Assembly: GCA_963822965.1 (NCBI GenBank)
Contig: CAWGJT010000010.1
Span: 256,001-320,000, forward strand
Direction of reading: 5' to 3'
DNA length: 64,000 bases
From: an uncultured delta proteobacterium
Lineage (GTDB): Bacteria > Myxococcota_A > UBA9160 > UBA4427
A model generated the notes under the pieces. That model saw only the letters and a list, made by a program, of their open reading frames with translations. It did no database searches and was not told the DNA's origin. This document shows positions 9,149-18,476 of this stretch, one piece after another. Numbering within the stretch: position 1 is the stretch's first letter; every line of letters starts with the position of its first letter. Made by a program: the position numbers and the translations under genes.

Positions 9149-10864
9149 TCAGGGCCCGTCGGCGTCCGGGCCTTCGATCGGCGCGCCGTCGCTCGGCTGG
9201 AGTGACTGCCGCGCCCGCTCCGGGCGCGGCGTGTACGGAACCGCCCGGGCGATCTTCACGATCTCGCCCCCCTCGAAGCGGTTGTCCACGAAGAGGCCGT
9301 TGAGCACCGCCGTGCGCCCGGGGCCCCAGGCGTTGTCGGCGCGCTGGCTCAGGGCGGTGATCGTCTCGTCCGGGAGCGCGCGGACGAGACGCAGGTGGAT
9401 CACCTGCACGGAACCCCGCTCCTCCTCGGTCAGCGGCCGGAACGTGCGGGCGGCGGCGTGCGCCCGGCCCACGTACTGGCTCCAGGAAGAGCTCGTCGCG
9501 ACCGCCATCACGCGGAAGACCTGCCCGACGTGGGGAATGAAGGTGGCCTGCCCGCCCACCGACTGGCCGCCCATGCTTCCCTCGAAGTCGATGCGCCAGG
9601 AATCGATGTCACCGATCTGTACCGGCTGCGCGCGCACCACGTGGATCCGGAACTCGTCGCCGTGGTCGGCGACGAAGCGGTCGGCGGCCTCGCGGGCGGT
9701 GGGCATCTGCGGGGGCTTCTCGGGCTCGCTCGGGGTCGCGGCGGTCGCGGGCGGCGGCGTCTCCTCGGGGACGCCCGGCTCGCCGGCGGTCGCCGACGCC
9801 TCGCCTGTGTCCCCCCCGGTCTTCTCGCCGTCCCCGGTCCTTCCGGGCTTCTCGGGTGCGAGCGGCGCCTCGAGGGTGATGAAGATGCGGGCGTTGCCGT
9901 CCGGGCTGACGGCGCCCACGGCCTCGCGGGTGTTCACCACCTCCCACCCGCGCGGGAAGATGACGCGGAAGTCGAGATCGGGATGGATGAACTCGGTGTC
10001 CCGGAAGATGCCCTCGGCGGGGTCCGTGTCCAGCACGATGCCCTCGATCTTCTTCAGATAGGCGGCGCGCCCGGTCTCGCGCGTGGGGTCGAGGGTCCAC
10101 GTGAGGGTCATCGCGTGGGAGGCCGTGGAGGCGACGCGCTCGGTGGTTCCCGGGTGCGTGTCGAAGTAGCTCGAGAGGCGCGAGTACCCGATGGTGAGAC
10201 GCTCCGTGTCGCCGAGGTGCTTGAGGAACTCCGCCAGGGCCCCGGGGTCGTAGCCGGCCCGGGCCGCGATCGTCTGGCCCCCCTTGTCCGCCGCGCGCTC
10301 GTGGTCGCGGCTGTAGGCCGCCAGGCGCGCCATGCGGATGTAGGGCATCAGGAACGGGCTGGTGCGGCGCGCCAGCTCCTGCTGGGCGGCCGCGTGTCGT
10401 TCGGCGGCGTGGATGATCTCGTGTCCCAGCACGTTCGCCAGCTCGTCCTCGGTGTTTGCGAGGGCGATCAGACCGCGAGACACGTAGATGTGACCGCCCG
10501 GCAACGAGAAGGCGTTGGGCGTCATCTGGTCGACGATCTGGAAGGTGTACTGGAAGGGACGGAGCGGTGCGTAGGCGACGAGGCGATGCCCCACCTCTTC
10601 GACGTAGGCGGCCAGGGCCGGGGAGTCGTAGAGGCCCATCTCCGCCTCGATCTGGACGGCGGCGTCCTCGCCCGCCTTGAGGTCGTCGTATTCCGTGGAG
10701 AGCAGGATGGTGCGCTTGCGGTTGACGACCTCGTCGTCGCGGGGGGCAGCGGCGCCCTGGGCGCAGGCGAGGAGCAGGCCGACGGCGGGCAGCAGCACCC
10801 ACGGCCGGCAGCCGGCGCGCGACCCGTCCCCGGGAGCGCGGCCAGGAGAGGGCGCCGTACGCAC
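9149..10864 (-). CDS. M48 family metalloprotease lipoprotein
   Basis: LLAC lipobox, NAFSLPGGHIYV, GHEIIH zinc motif, YSRDHERAAD, THP. Confidence 0.85.
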   Translation of the reverse strand: MRTAPSPGRAPGDGSRAGCRPWVLLPAVGLLLACAQGAAAPRDDEVVNRKRTILLSTEYDDLKAGEDAAVQIEAEMGLYDSPALAAYVEEVGHRLVAYAPLRPFQYTFQIVDQMTPNAFSLPGGHIYVSRGLIALANTEDELANVLGHEIIHAAERHAAAQQELARRTSPFLMPYIRMARLAAYSRDHERAADKGGQTIAARAGYDPGALAEFLKHLGDTERLTIGYSRLSSYFDTHPGTTERVASTASHAMTLTWTLDPTRETGRAAYLKKIEGIVLDTDPAEGIFRDTEFIHPDLDFRVIFPRGWEVVNTREAVGAVSPDGNARIFITLEAPLAPEKPGRTGDGEKTGGDTGEASATAGEPGVPEETPPPATAATPSEPEKPPQMPTAREAADRFVADHGDEFRIHVVRAQPVQIGDIDSWRIDFEGSMGGQSVGGQATFIPHVGQVFRVMAVATSSSWSQYVGRAHAAARTFRPLTEEERGSVQVIHLRLVRALPDETITALSQRADNAWGPGRTAVLNGLFVDNRFEGGEIVKIARAVPYTPRPERARQSLQPSDGAPIEGPDADGP

Positions 10865-10920
10865 GTTCGCTCAAGAGTCCACTCGACGCGCGGGGGCGTG
10901 CGGCTGGCATCGTGCGGGGG

Positions 10921-11595
10921 TCATCGGGGCGCTTCGCTCTCGCCTCGGACTCCGAGCGGAAATCCGAGGGTGCGCTCCAGCTCGACCAGCGCCGTCTCGG
11001 GCTCGTCGACCTTGATCGTGGTGAGACCCAGGGAGCGCGCCGGCTTCAGGTTCGCACCGATGTCGTCGAGGAAGACGGTGTGCTGCGGCGCCACCTCCAG
11101 GCGCGCGCAGGCCAGCTCGTAGATGCGCGGGTCGGGCTTGCGCATTCCCTCGACGCTCGACTCGATGAAGACGTCGAAGTGTCCGCGCAGGGCGCGGGTT
11201 CCGTCGCTCCGCTCCGCGCCCGCATCGGAATTGTCGGCGGCCGCCCAGTTGTTGGTGAGCGCGCCCACGCGCAGGCCGCGGATGCGGATCGCGGCGATCG
11301 CCCGCAGCATGGGCTCCCGGGGCTGGGAGGCCTCCGCCATCCACTCGAACATCGTGCGCGCACAGATCTCGTGGCCCGCCGCCCGGCAGTCACTCTCGAA
11401 GGCGGGGTAGAAGGCCTCCATGGCGAGCTCTCCGCGCTCCAGGCGCGACCATGCGCCGTGGGGTGCGGTCTCGGCCGCGACCCGATTGATGGCGTCTCGC
11501 GGCAGGCCCAGGTGTGCCTCGTAGCGGCGGATCGCGTGCAGCGGGGAGCCGAGGACGACACCGCCGAGGTCGAAGACGACGGCCCGGTAGGACAT
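10921..11595 (-). CDS. HAD-superfamily hydrolase (ACAD10/epoxide hydrolase N-terminal type)
   Basis: YRAVVFDLGGV, LTNNW, GMRKPDPRIY, FLDDIGANL. Confidence 0.85.
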   Translation of the reverse strand: MSYRAVVFDLGGVVLGSPLHAIRRYEAHLGLPRDAINRVAAETAPHGAWSRLERGELAMEAFYPAFESDCRAAGHEICARTMFEWMAEASQPREPMLRAIAAIRIRGLRVGALTNNWAAADNSDAGAERSDGTRALRGHFDVFIESSVEGMRKPDPRIYELACARLEVAPQHTVFLDDIGANLKPARSLGLTTIKVDEPETALVELERTLGFPLGVRGESEAPR

Positions 11596-11629
11596 TGGAA
11601 CGACCGTAGCGAACTCGGGAGGCGGGACG

Positions 11630-12817
11630 TCATGCCGGGGCATGGCCCTCGGAGGCCGTCAGCTCCGCCAGCAGCCGATCCATGGCGTCGTAGCCCTGCA
11701 GCTCGTCGGGCACGAAGGACTCGGACAGGGTGACGAGTCCCAGGCCCGAGAGGCCGAAGAGCCCGGCGCCGCCCCAGGCGGAGGCCCGCAGGAAGCCCCG
11801 CCGGGTGAGGTCGTCGTGGCGGGCCACCCGGACGGCGCCCAGGGCGGCAGCCGCCGCGACGCCGGTGCCGATCCGCTCGTCCCGGCGGCGCGCGAGGGCC
11901 TGTCTTCGTCCCTCCCGCAGGAGCTCCGCCGCGGCTGCCCGGGTGCCGGGGACGATCGCCGGCCGGGGCCGGCCCGGGCCCCCGATCTCCACGTCGGCGA
12001 GCACGCCGGCGTGGTCGGAGTAGGCGGCGGTCTCCCCCGCCACGGTGACGGGCTGGTCGAAGACGCGACGCACGGCGACCGGGGTCGCCCCCTGCTGCTC
12101 GCCGCTGCGACAGAAGACGTAGTCGATGCGCGACTCCGTGAGGGAGCCTCGCGCCAGCCGGTACGCGTTCTGCAAGGTGGAGGTGGGCTCCCGGGCTCCC
12201 AGGGCGGCAGCCGAGTCGACGAAGCCGGTGAGCCCGAGCAGCACCTCGTACTCCGGCGCGCTGTCTCGCATGTTGAAGTCGCCCACGGCCACCACCGGCC
12301 CCGGGACGGCGCGCACCTCCCGGCCCAGCTCCAGCACCTCGCCCGTACGATGACCGACGTAGTCGTCCTGCACCTCGGCGGGCGCATATCGCGCGTGCAG
12401 ATGGGTCGAGAACAGGGCGACCGGCGTGCCCCCGACCTCGACGTCGAGGCGCAGCAGGCCCTTGCCGGCGTAGTAGTCCATCTGCAGCAGCCGCTGGGGC
12501 AGCCCGCACAGGGTGTAGGGCCGGAACCGTGCGGAGCGGATCGGAAGCCGGGAGACGGCCACCAGCCCGCCGCCGTTCCCGGCCGCTCCCCGGGTGGTGG
12601 CCGGCCGGGAATCGGCCCAGGCGTGGGGAAAGCCGAGGCCGCGGGCCCCCTCGACCAGCTGCCGGCGTCCCGTCTCGGTCCACACCTCCTGGAAGAGCGC
12701 CACGTCGCACGCGAGGGGGGCGAGGTCGCGGAGCACGAGGGAGAGCCGTTCCTCCACGTCGTGTCCGGCCGGAGCGGGGAGCCCCCAGACGTTCAGGGTG
12801 AGGACGCGAAGTCGCAT
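11630..12817 (-). CDS. EEP-family phosphodiesterase, neutral sphingomyelinase/Isc1-like, with two C-terminal hydrophobic segments
   Basis: TLNVWG, FQEVW, DYYAGK, THLHARY, GDFN, RIDYVF, SDH motifs. Confidence 0.8.
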   Translation of the reverse strand: MRLRVLTLNVWGLPAPAGHDVEERLSLVLRDLAPLACDVALFQEVWTETGRRQLVEGARGLGFPHAWADSRPATTRGAAGNGGGLVAVSRLPIRSARFRPYTLCGLPQRLLQMDYYAGKGLLRLDVEVGGTPVALFSTHLHARYAPAEVQDDYVGHRTGEVLELGREVRAVPGPVVAVGDFNMRDSAPEYEVLLGLTGFVDSAAALGAREPTSTLQNAYRLARGSLTESRIDYVFCRSGEQQGATPVAVRRVFDQPVTVAGETAAYSDHAGVLADVEIGGPGRPRPAIVPGTRAAAAELLREGRRQALARRRDERIGTGVAAAAALGAVRVARHDDLTRRGFLRASAWGGAGLFGLSGLGLVTLSESFVPDELQGYDAMDRLLAELTASEGHAPA

Positions 12818-12942
12818 CGGTCGCGACCCTACCACACGCGCAGGGACCGGGCGGAGGGTACAATCGCGGGTCGGCCGTCGAACGCCGGCCCCAACGGCTC
12901 GAGCCCAACCCGAAGCCGCGCTGCGCGCGAAGGAGTGCTCTC

Positions 12943-13767
12943 GTGGAATATGCCGAGATCCTGTACGAAGTCTCGGATCCCGTCGCGACCGTGACCCTGA
13001 ACCGTCCCGAATTCCTGAACGCGTGGACCAACCGCATGGCCGCCGAGGTGAAGCACGCCCTCGCGCGCGCCGAGTCGGACGAACGGGTCGTCGGCATCGT
13101 GCTCACCGGGGCCGGACGCGGCTTCTGCGCGGGAGCCGATCTGAAAGGGCTCCAGGCGATCTCGCACGGACAGCGCGCCGAAGGGGTTCCCGAGGCGCTC
13201 GACGCCGACCCCGGCGATCCGGCGATGGGTGAGTCCTTCCGCGGCACCTACACCTATCTGTGCTCGATCCGGAAGCCCATCATCGCCGCGATCAACGGGC
13301 CCTGCGCCGGCATGGCCGTTCCCATCTCGCTCTTCTGCGACATGCGCTTCGCGTCGGATCGCGCCACCTTCACCACGGCGTTCTCGCGGCGCGGCCTGAT
13401 CGCAGAGTGGGGCGTGAGCTGGATCCTGCCCCGCCTGGTCGGCCCCGCTCACGCGATGGATCTGCTCCTGTCGGCGCGGAAGTTCGACGCCGCCGAGGCC
13501 GACCGGCTCGGGCTGGTGAACCGCGTGCTTCCCCACGACGAGCTGCTGCCGTTCGTCCGGGAGTACGTGGGCGATCTCGCGCGAAACTGCTCTCCCGCCT
13601 CGATGGCGATCATGAAGCGCGAGATCTACCACCACCTGACGGCCTCCCTGGCCGACGCCCACGCGGAAGCGGTGGAGCTCATGCTCGAGAGCTTCGGCCG
13701 TCCCGACTTCAAGGAGGGCGTGCAGTCGTTTCTCGAGAAACGCCCGCCGCGCTTCCAGCGGGTGTGA
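12943..13767 (+). CDS. Enoyl-CoA hydratase/isomerase
   Basis: TLNRPE, FCAGADL, IAAINGPCAG, DFKEGVQSFLEKRPP. Confidence 0.9.
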   Translation: MEYAEILYEVSDPVATVTLNRPEFLNAWTNRMAAEVKHALARAESDERVVGIVLTGAGRGFCAGADLKGLQAISHGQRAEGVPEALDADPGDPAMGESFRGTYTYLCSIRKPIIAAINGPCAGMAVPISLFCDMRFASDRATFTTAFSRRGLIAEWGVSWILPRLVGPAHAMDLLLSARKFDAAEADRLGLVNRVLPHDELLPFVREYVGDLARNCSPASMAIMKREIYHHLTASLADAHAEAVELMLESFGRPDFKEGVQSFLEKRPPRFQRV

Positions 13768-13780
13768 GCGCCGGCGGTCG

Positions 13781-14503
13781 ATGAACCTCCTGCTGCTCCG
13801 GCCCGAGGAGCTCGCCTCGGGTCCCGCGGACGCGGAGGAGATCCCGGTACGGATCGGGGGCCGGCGGGCCGCCCACGTGACCCAGGTGCACCGGGCGCAG
13901 GTGGGCGACACCCTGCGCGTCGGGGTTCTCGGGGGCCGCGTGGGCGTGGGTCGGGTCCTCGGCCTGGACCGCGATCGGCTCGATCTGGACGTCCGTCTCG
14001 ATCGGGAGCCCCCGGCGCCGATTCCCGTCACCCTGGTCCTGGCCCTGCCGCGCCCGCTCGTCCTCAAGCGCGTGCTGCTGCACGCGACCACGCTGGGCGT
14101 GAAGCGGATTGCGCTGATTCACGCCCGCCGGGTGGAGAAGAGCTACTGGCAGAGCGACGCCCTGGGCGAGGCCGCGCTCCACGAGCAGCTGGTGCTGGGT
14201 CTCGAGCAGGCGGGAGACACGGTTCTACCGGCGGTCAGCCAGCATCGGCGCTTCCGCCCCTTCGTCGAGGACGTCCTGCCCGAGTGGCTGGCCGGCTCTC
14301 GCGGCATCCTGGCCCATCCCGAAGCCCGCAGCGCGTGCTCGCGAGCCGAGGGGCCGGTGACCCTCGCCATCGGTCCGGAGGGAGGCTTCGTCGACTACGA
14401 GGTCGAGAAGCTCACCGCCGCCGGGCTGCTTCCCGTGCGGCTCGGTGAGCGCATCCTGCGGATCGAGGCCGCGGTGCCCTATGCGATCGCCAGCCTGTTC
14501 TGA
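13781..14503 (+). CDS. rsmE: 16S rRNA m3U1498 methyltransferase
   Basis: SPOUT motif IGPEGGF...LGERILRIEAA; VEKSYWQS. Confidence 0.85.
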   Translation: MNLLLLRPEELASGPADAEEIPVRIGGRRAAHVTQVHRAQVGDTLRVGVLGGRVGVGRVLGLDRDRLDLDVRLDREPPAPIPVTLVLALPRPLVLKRVLLHATTLGVKRIALIHARRVEKSYWQSDALGEAALHEQLVLGLEQAGDTVLPAVSQHRRFRPFVEDVLPEWLAGSRGILAHPEARSACSRAEGPVTLAIGPEGGFVDYEVEKLTAAGLLPVRLGERILRIEAAVPYAIASLF

Positions 14504-14629
14504 TGCACCGTCGCAGCCTCCTGTCAGCCATTCGCACTAGTTGGGCCCCTTCGGGAAAAATCATTGCATCCCCTTCGACGGGTGCATCTCGTCGCATTCC
14601 GCTGTTAACGTCTGCGCCGGGGGAGGGGG

Positions 14630-16192
14630 ATGGGGCCTCTACGACATTGCAGCGCGTGCGATCTGCGCGCCCGGATCTCACGCACAGCGCACGCTCGTGC
14701 GGCCGCCGTCTTGTTAGGCGTCTGCCTCGCGATCCTTCCGCTCGCGGCGTCGGCGCAGAGCGCGGGTTCGGGAGAGCCCAGCGTGCGGGTCCGCTGGCTC
14801 GCCGCGTCCGGGCCCGTCGAGCACTACGAGGTCTGGGTCTCGATCAACGACGGTCGCATGGAGCTGTACGGCGAGGTGTCGGAGACGCAGGTCGAGGTCT
14901 TCGGTCCGCAGTTCCAGCTGAGCGACTCGCTGCGCTTCGAGGTCGTCGCCGTGTCGGCCGACGGACGCCGTGGGACGCCGTCCGAGACGTCCAACGTCAT
15001 CTTCTTCGGCACCGTCCCGGTCCCCCAGAACCTCACGGTCCACGACGGATCGGCCTTGGACCCGAACCACCTCTCGTGGGATCCGGTTCCGGGTGCGGAC
15101 TTCTATCTGGTCTTCCGAGCGCCCGAAGGCTCCGCGCCGCAGCTCTGGAGCCAGTCGTCCGACCCGTCGCTGGACGACGCCACGGCACCCCTGAACGTGC
15201 GCCACACCTACGTGGTGGCGGCGGTGAGCGGTCGCCAGGTCAGCGCCTACAGCGCGCCGGTCACCGCCATCCGCGGAGGCAACCGGCCGAAGCTCGTGGC
15301 CTCCGTCGCGTCCCTGACTCGCGAAGCCTCGCGCAGCGAAGGCGTCGTGACCGACACCTTCGAGCTGACGAACGCCGGCGACTGGAAGCTCTCCTGGGCC
15401 GCCTGGGTCTTCGGATCGTGGATCGACGTGACGCCGGAAAACAACCTGCTCGACGAGGGCGTCCAGCGGGTGACCGTCAGCTATCGCGTCGACAAGCTGG
15501 CACTCGGGGTGCACGACACGGTGATCCGCATCTACACCTACTACGACCCGCCGCCGGGCGAATCCTTCCAGCTGGGTCCGCCGCTGGAGATTCCGATCCG
15601 CCTCACCGTCCGCGACGCGCCGCCCACGATCGACCTTCCCGCCTCCCTGTCGGTGGGGGAGGGCCTGGTCGTCGACGTCCCGGTGCACGCCAGCGACTCG
15701 GATCCGGGCAGCGACGTCCAGATGGGCCTCGTCAGCGGGCCACCCTTCGCGAGCTTGACGTCGCTCGGGGGCGGTGACGCGCGCCTGACGATCGCGCCCG
15801 GTGCGGGGACCGCGGGAACGTACACGATCACGGTCTCGGCCTGGGATCGGAACTTCCCCTCTGTGCCGGTGCAGCAGTCCCTCGAGCTCACCGTCGGGTA
15901 CGTGAACAACGCTCCGGTGGTCCAGGCCATCCCGACCCAGACCGCCAAGGTCGGTGAGACGAGCGGGCTGACGGTGTACGCCACGGACCCCGACGGCGAT
16001 CGGATCGCGTTGACGACGTCGACGCTGCCGGACTTCGTGAACTTCGACGGCTACACCAACGGCGTCGGCAGGTTCACCTTCGCGCCCGAGGCGTCGGACG
16101 TGGGAAGCTACCTGCTGATCCTCGCCGTGGTGGACGACGGCGTGCCGTCGCGCTTCGTGGGCGTTCCCTTCCAGCTGACCGTCGTCCCCTGA
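14630..16192 (+). CDS. Secreted beta-sandwich protein (FN3-like, BACON-like and cadherin/Ig-like domains)
   Basis: Signal peptide ending ASA-Q; LSWDPVPGA..Y.V, YVVAAV; NAGDWKLSW; SDSDPG, NNAPVV, ATDPDGD motifs. Confidence 0.7.
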   Translation: MGPLRHCSACDLRARISRTAHARAAAVLLGVCLAILPLAASAQSAGSGEPSVRVRWLAASGPVEHYEVWVSINDGRMELYGEVSETQVEVFGPQFQLSDSLRFEVVAVSADGRRGTPSETSNVIFFGTVPVPQNLTVHDGSALDPNHLSWDPVPGADFYLVFRAPEGSAPQLWSQSSDPSLDDATAPLNVRHTYVVAAVSGRQVSAYSAPVTAIRGGNRPKLVASVASLTREASRSEGVVTDTFELTNAGDWKLSWAAWVFGSWIDVTPENNLLDEGVQRVTVSYRVDKLALGVHDTVIRIYTYYDPPPGESFQLGPPLEIPIRLTVRDAPPTIDLPASLSVGEGLVVDVPVHASDSDPGSDVQMGLVSGPPFASLTSLGGGDARLTIAPGAGTAGTYTITVSAWDRNFPSVPVQQSLELTVGYVNNAPVVQAIPTQTAKVGETSGLTVYATDPDGDRIALTTSTLPDFVNFDGYTNGVGRFTFAPEASDVGSYLLILAVVDDGVPSRFVGVPFQLTVVP

Positions 16193-16275
16193 GCGGTCGG
16201 CGCCCCGCTGGGGCGCCGACCTGCAACCTGAGGACAACGCTGAGCGGTGTCCTCCTAGGAGGCCGGCCGCCCGGG

Positions 16276-17517
16276 TCAGGCCGCGTCCCCGAGCGCTCGA
16301 GCGCCCGCGTCCCCGGGCTCCAGCGACTCGGCTCGCGCGGCGAACAGCAGGCCCGGCTGGACGTCGTCGCCGTCCTCGCCGAGTCGCACCAGCAGCGAGG
16401 GCTGCGTCGCTCGAAGGGCCGCATCCCAGCCGCCGGGAGGCGCGTCGAGGCGGAAGACGAAGCCGCACCGCGTGCCCGGGGCGAGGCCGAGGGCGGACCG
16501 CACCGCCGGCAGGCAGCGGCGAACGAGACCGACGACGACGGTCCCCATGGTGAAGCGCGCGTTGACCTCGACGACCGGACGCAGCACCGCCCTGCGATCC
16601 CCGGCGCCCTCGTCGGGCTCGATCCGGAAGGTCAGGGCGTCGACGCCGGCGACCCCGTGGAATCCCACCGCCGCCGCCGCGACCGCCACCTGCACCGCCG
16701 CCACCCGCAGGTCCTCGTCCTGCGCGTGGCCCGAGAAGACCCGACCGCGCGCGTCCACCTCGCCGCGGTGACCCTGGTAGCCGCCGCCGGCGGTCGCCTC
16801 GAGCCGCAGACTGCCGAGCACCGTCACGGGCTGCCCGACCTCCACCCGAAGCTGCACGGAGAGGTCGTCCCGGCGGTCCAGCCAGGGCTCCAGAACCGCG
16901 CCGCCCCGGGCGGCCAGGGCGGCCGACGCGCGCCGGAGGAGCGTCTCGTCGAAGTCGCCGTCGCGCGCGTCGAAGCGGCCCCGGCCGCTGGTGCCGAAGC
17001 GGGGCTTCAGGGTGAAGCGACCGCGCGTCCACGCGGGCCAGGCGTCGACTCGGCGCCGCAGGTCGGACACGAAACGGTCGGTGTCCCGCAGCTCGTCGGC
17101 CTCGTAGCGGCAGGCCAGGTCCCGCAGCTCGCGGGGCACGAGCCCCTCCGCCTCCGCACACGCCAGCGCGAACGCCTTGTCGTGCACGGCTTCGATCACC
17201 TCGGCCGGCGGACCGGGAAACGGAAGCCCCTGCGCGGCCGGATCGCTCCGCGCGCGACGGTCCGCCCACCAGGGCACGCAGCCCCGGAGCTCGTCCAGGA
17301 ACGCGAAGGCCGGGTGGGTGCGCGCCTCGGCGAATGCGTCGGGCCAGCGGTCCCAGGGCACCGCCGGCGCGCCGCCGTCCGCCACCCGCGCGGAGTCGTC
17401 GAAGAGCAGACGCCAGAGGCGGGCCGCCGCGGCGACGCGGGGCTCGCGCAGCTGCCGCCGCCAGTCCCCCCCTTCCTCGCCGCCGAGATTCGGCAGCAGC
17501 AGGGGGCCCGTGCTCAC
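16276..17517 (-). CDS. ATP-grasp fold protein
   Basis: GTG start overlaps upstream TGA (GTGA); HDKAF, LKPRFGTSGRG, VLEPWL, GVAGVDA, VEVNARFTMG motifs. Confidence 0.75.
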   Translation of the reverse strand: MSTGPLLLPNLGGEEGGDWRRQLREPRVAAAARLWRLLFDDSARVADGGAPAVPWDRWPDAFAEARTHPAFAFLDELRGCVPWWADRRARSDPAAQGLPFPGPPAEVIEAVHDKAFALACAEAEGLVPRELRDLACRYEADELRDTDRFVSDLRRRVDAWPAWTRGRFTLKPRFGTSGRGRFDARDGDFDETLLRRASAALAARGGAVLEPWLDRRDDLSVQLRVEVGQPVTVLGSLRLEATAGGGYQGHRGEVDARGRVFSGHAQDEDLRVAAVQVAVAAAAVGFHGVAGVDALTFRIEPDEGAGDRRAVLRPVVEVNARFTMGTVVVGLVRRCLPAVRSALGLAPGTRCGFVFRLDAPPGGWDAALRATQPSLLVRLGEDGDDVQPGLLFAARAESLEPGDAGARALGDAA

Positions 17518-18392
17518 GCGTCGGGACCGGAGGGCTTCGCGCCGGCCACCGGGCGCCGCGCTCGGTCCCGAAGCTCCTGGGGAGAGCGCGCCCGTTGCAC
17601 GTAGTCGATGAACGCGGACGACAGTCCGGCCTCTCGTCGCGCCCCCGCGTCGAAGCGGCGGCCCTTGGCGCGAGCCGCCGACAACGGGAAGGGCACGCTT
17701 CGCTCGTAGAGCATCACGTCGGTGGCCGGCGGCTGGCCTGCCGTCGCCGGCGACAGCTCGCGCAGGGCCGCGGCGGCGAAGCGCACGTGCCCGATCTCGT
17801 CTCGGTGGACGCGCTCGCACACCCGGGCGCTCTCCTCGTCGCCCGCCCGACGGAAGGCGTCGCGGTAGAGGGGCGAGAAGTCCAGGTTGCCCTGCTCGAA
17901 GGTGAGGCCCACGGCGGCGAAGAAGGCGGCCGGTCCCGCGCTGGATGCGGCGATGGCCGGGACGTGCTTCCAGAAGTAGTCCGAGAGCACGTGGTCCTGC
18001 AGGCGGGCGCCGTGGGCCGCCAGGCGTTCGAGGTAGAGCCGACAGTGGATCTGCTCGTCGGCGAGGACACCCAGCAGGCCGCGCCGTAGGCGTGGCGACA
18101 AGGCCGGCCAGCGCACCAGCGCCCAGGCGAAGAGCTCGACGGCCATCAGCTCGTGGTGGGCGAACCGCGCCAGACAGATGGCGCGGGCCTCGGGATCCAC
18201 GAGATCGGCGGGCCGCGGAAGGCGCGGGACCCGGCCGCGCATGGCGAGATCCGGGTTCCGGGCCGGGCGATCGGGCGGGCGGGCGCCGGAGGGCGGCTCC
18301 GCGCCCGCGCCCGCGAAGAGCTCGGCCGGCGGCGGGGCGAGCTTGGTCGCGAGATCGCCCCGCTCGAGGATGTTCCGGCAGAACGACTGCAT
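17514..18392 (-). CDS. DUF455-family ferritin-like diiron protein
   Basis: FAHHELMAVEL, DEQIH, FEQGNLD, DEIGHV: two E + ExxH ligand pairs. Confidence 0.8.
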   Translation of the reverse strand: MQSFCRNILERGDLATKLAPPPAELFAGAGAEPPSGARPPDRPARNPDLAMRGRVPRLPRPADLVDPEARAICLARFAHHELMAVELFAWALVRWPALSPRLRRGLLGVLADEQIHCRLYLERLAAHGARLQDHVLSDYFWKHVPAIAASSAGPAAFFAAVGLTFEQGNLDFSPLYRDAFRRAGDEESARVCERVHRDEIGHVRFAAAALRELSPATAGQPPATDVMLYERSVPFPLSAARAKGRRFDAGARREAGLSSAFIDYVQRARSPQELRDRARRPVAGAKPSGPDA

Positions 18393-18476
18393 GGCCGCCA
18401 AGCATCGGGGATCCCGCGTGTCCCGGCCAGCAGCCCCACTGCGAAACTCTTCGCGGCGTCCCGCCGGGCGACGTCC

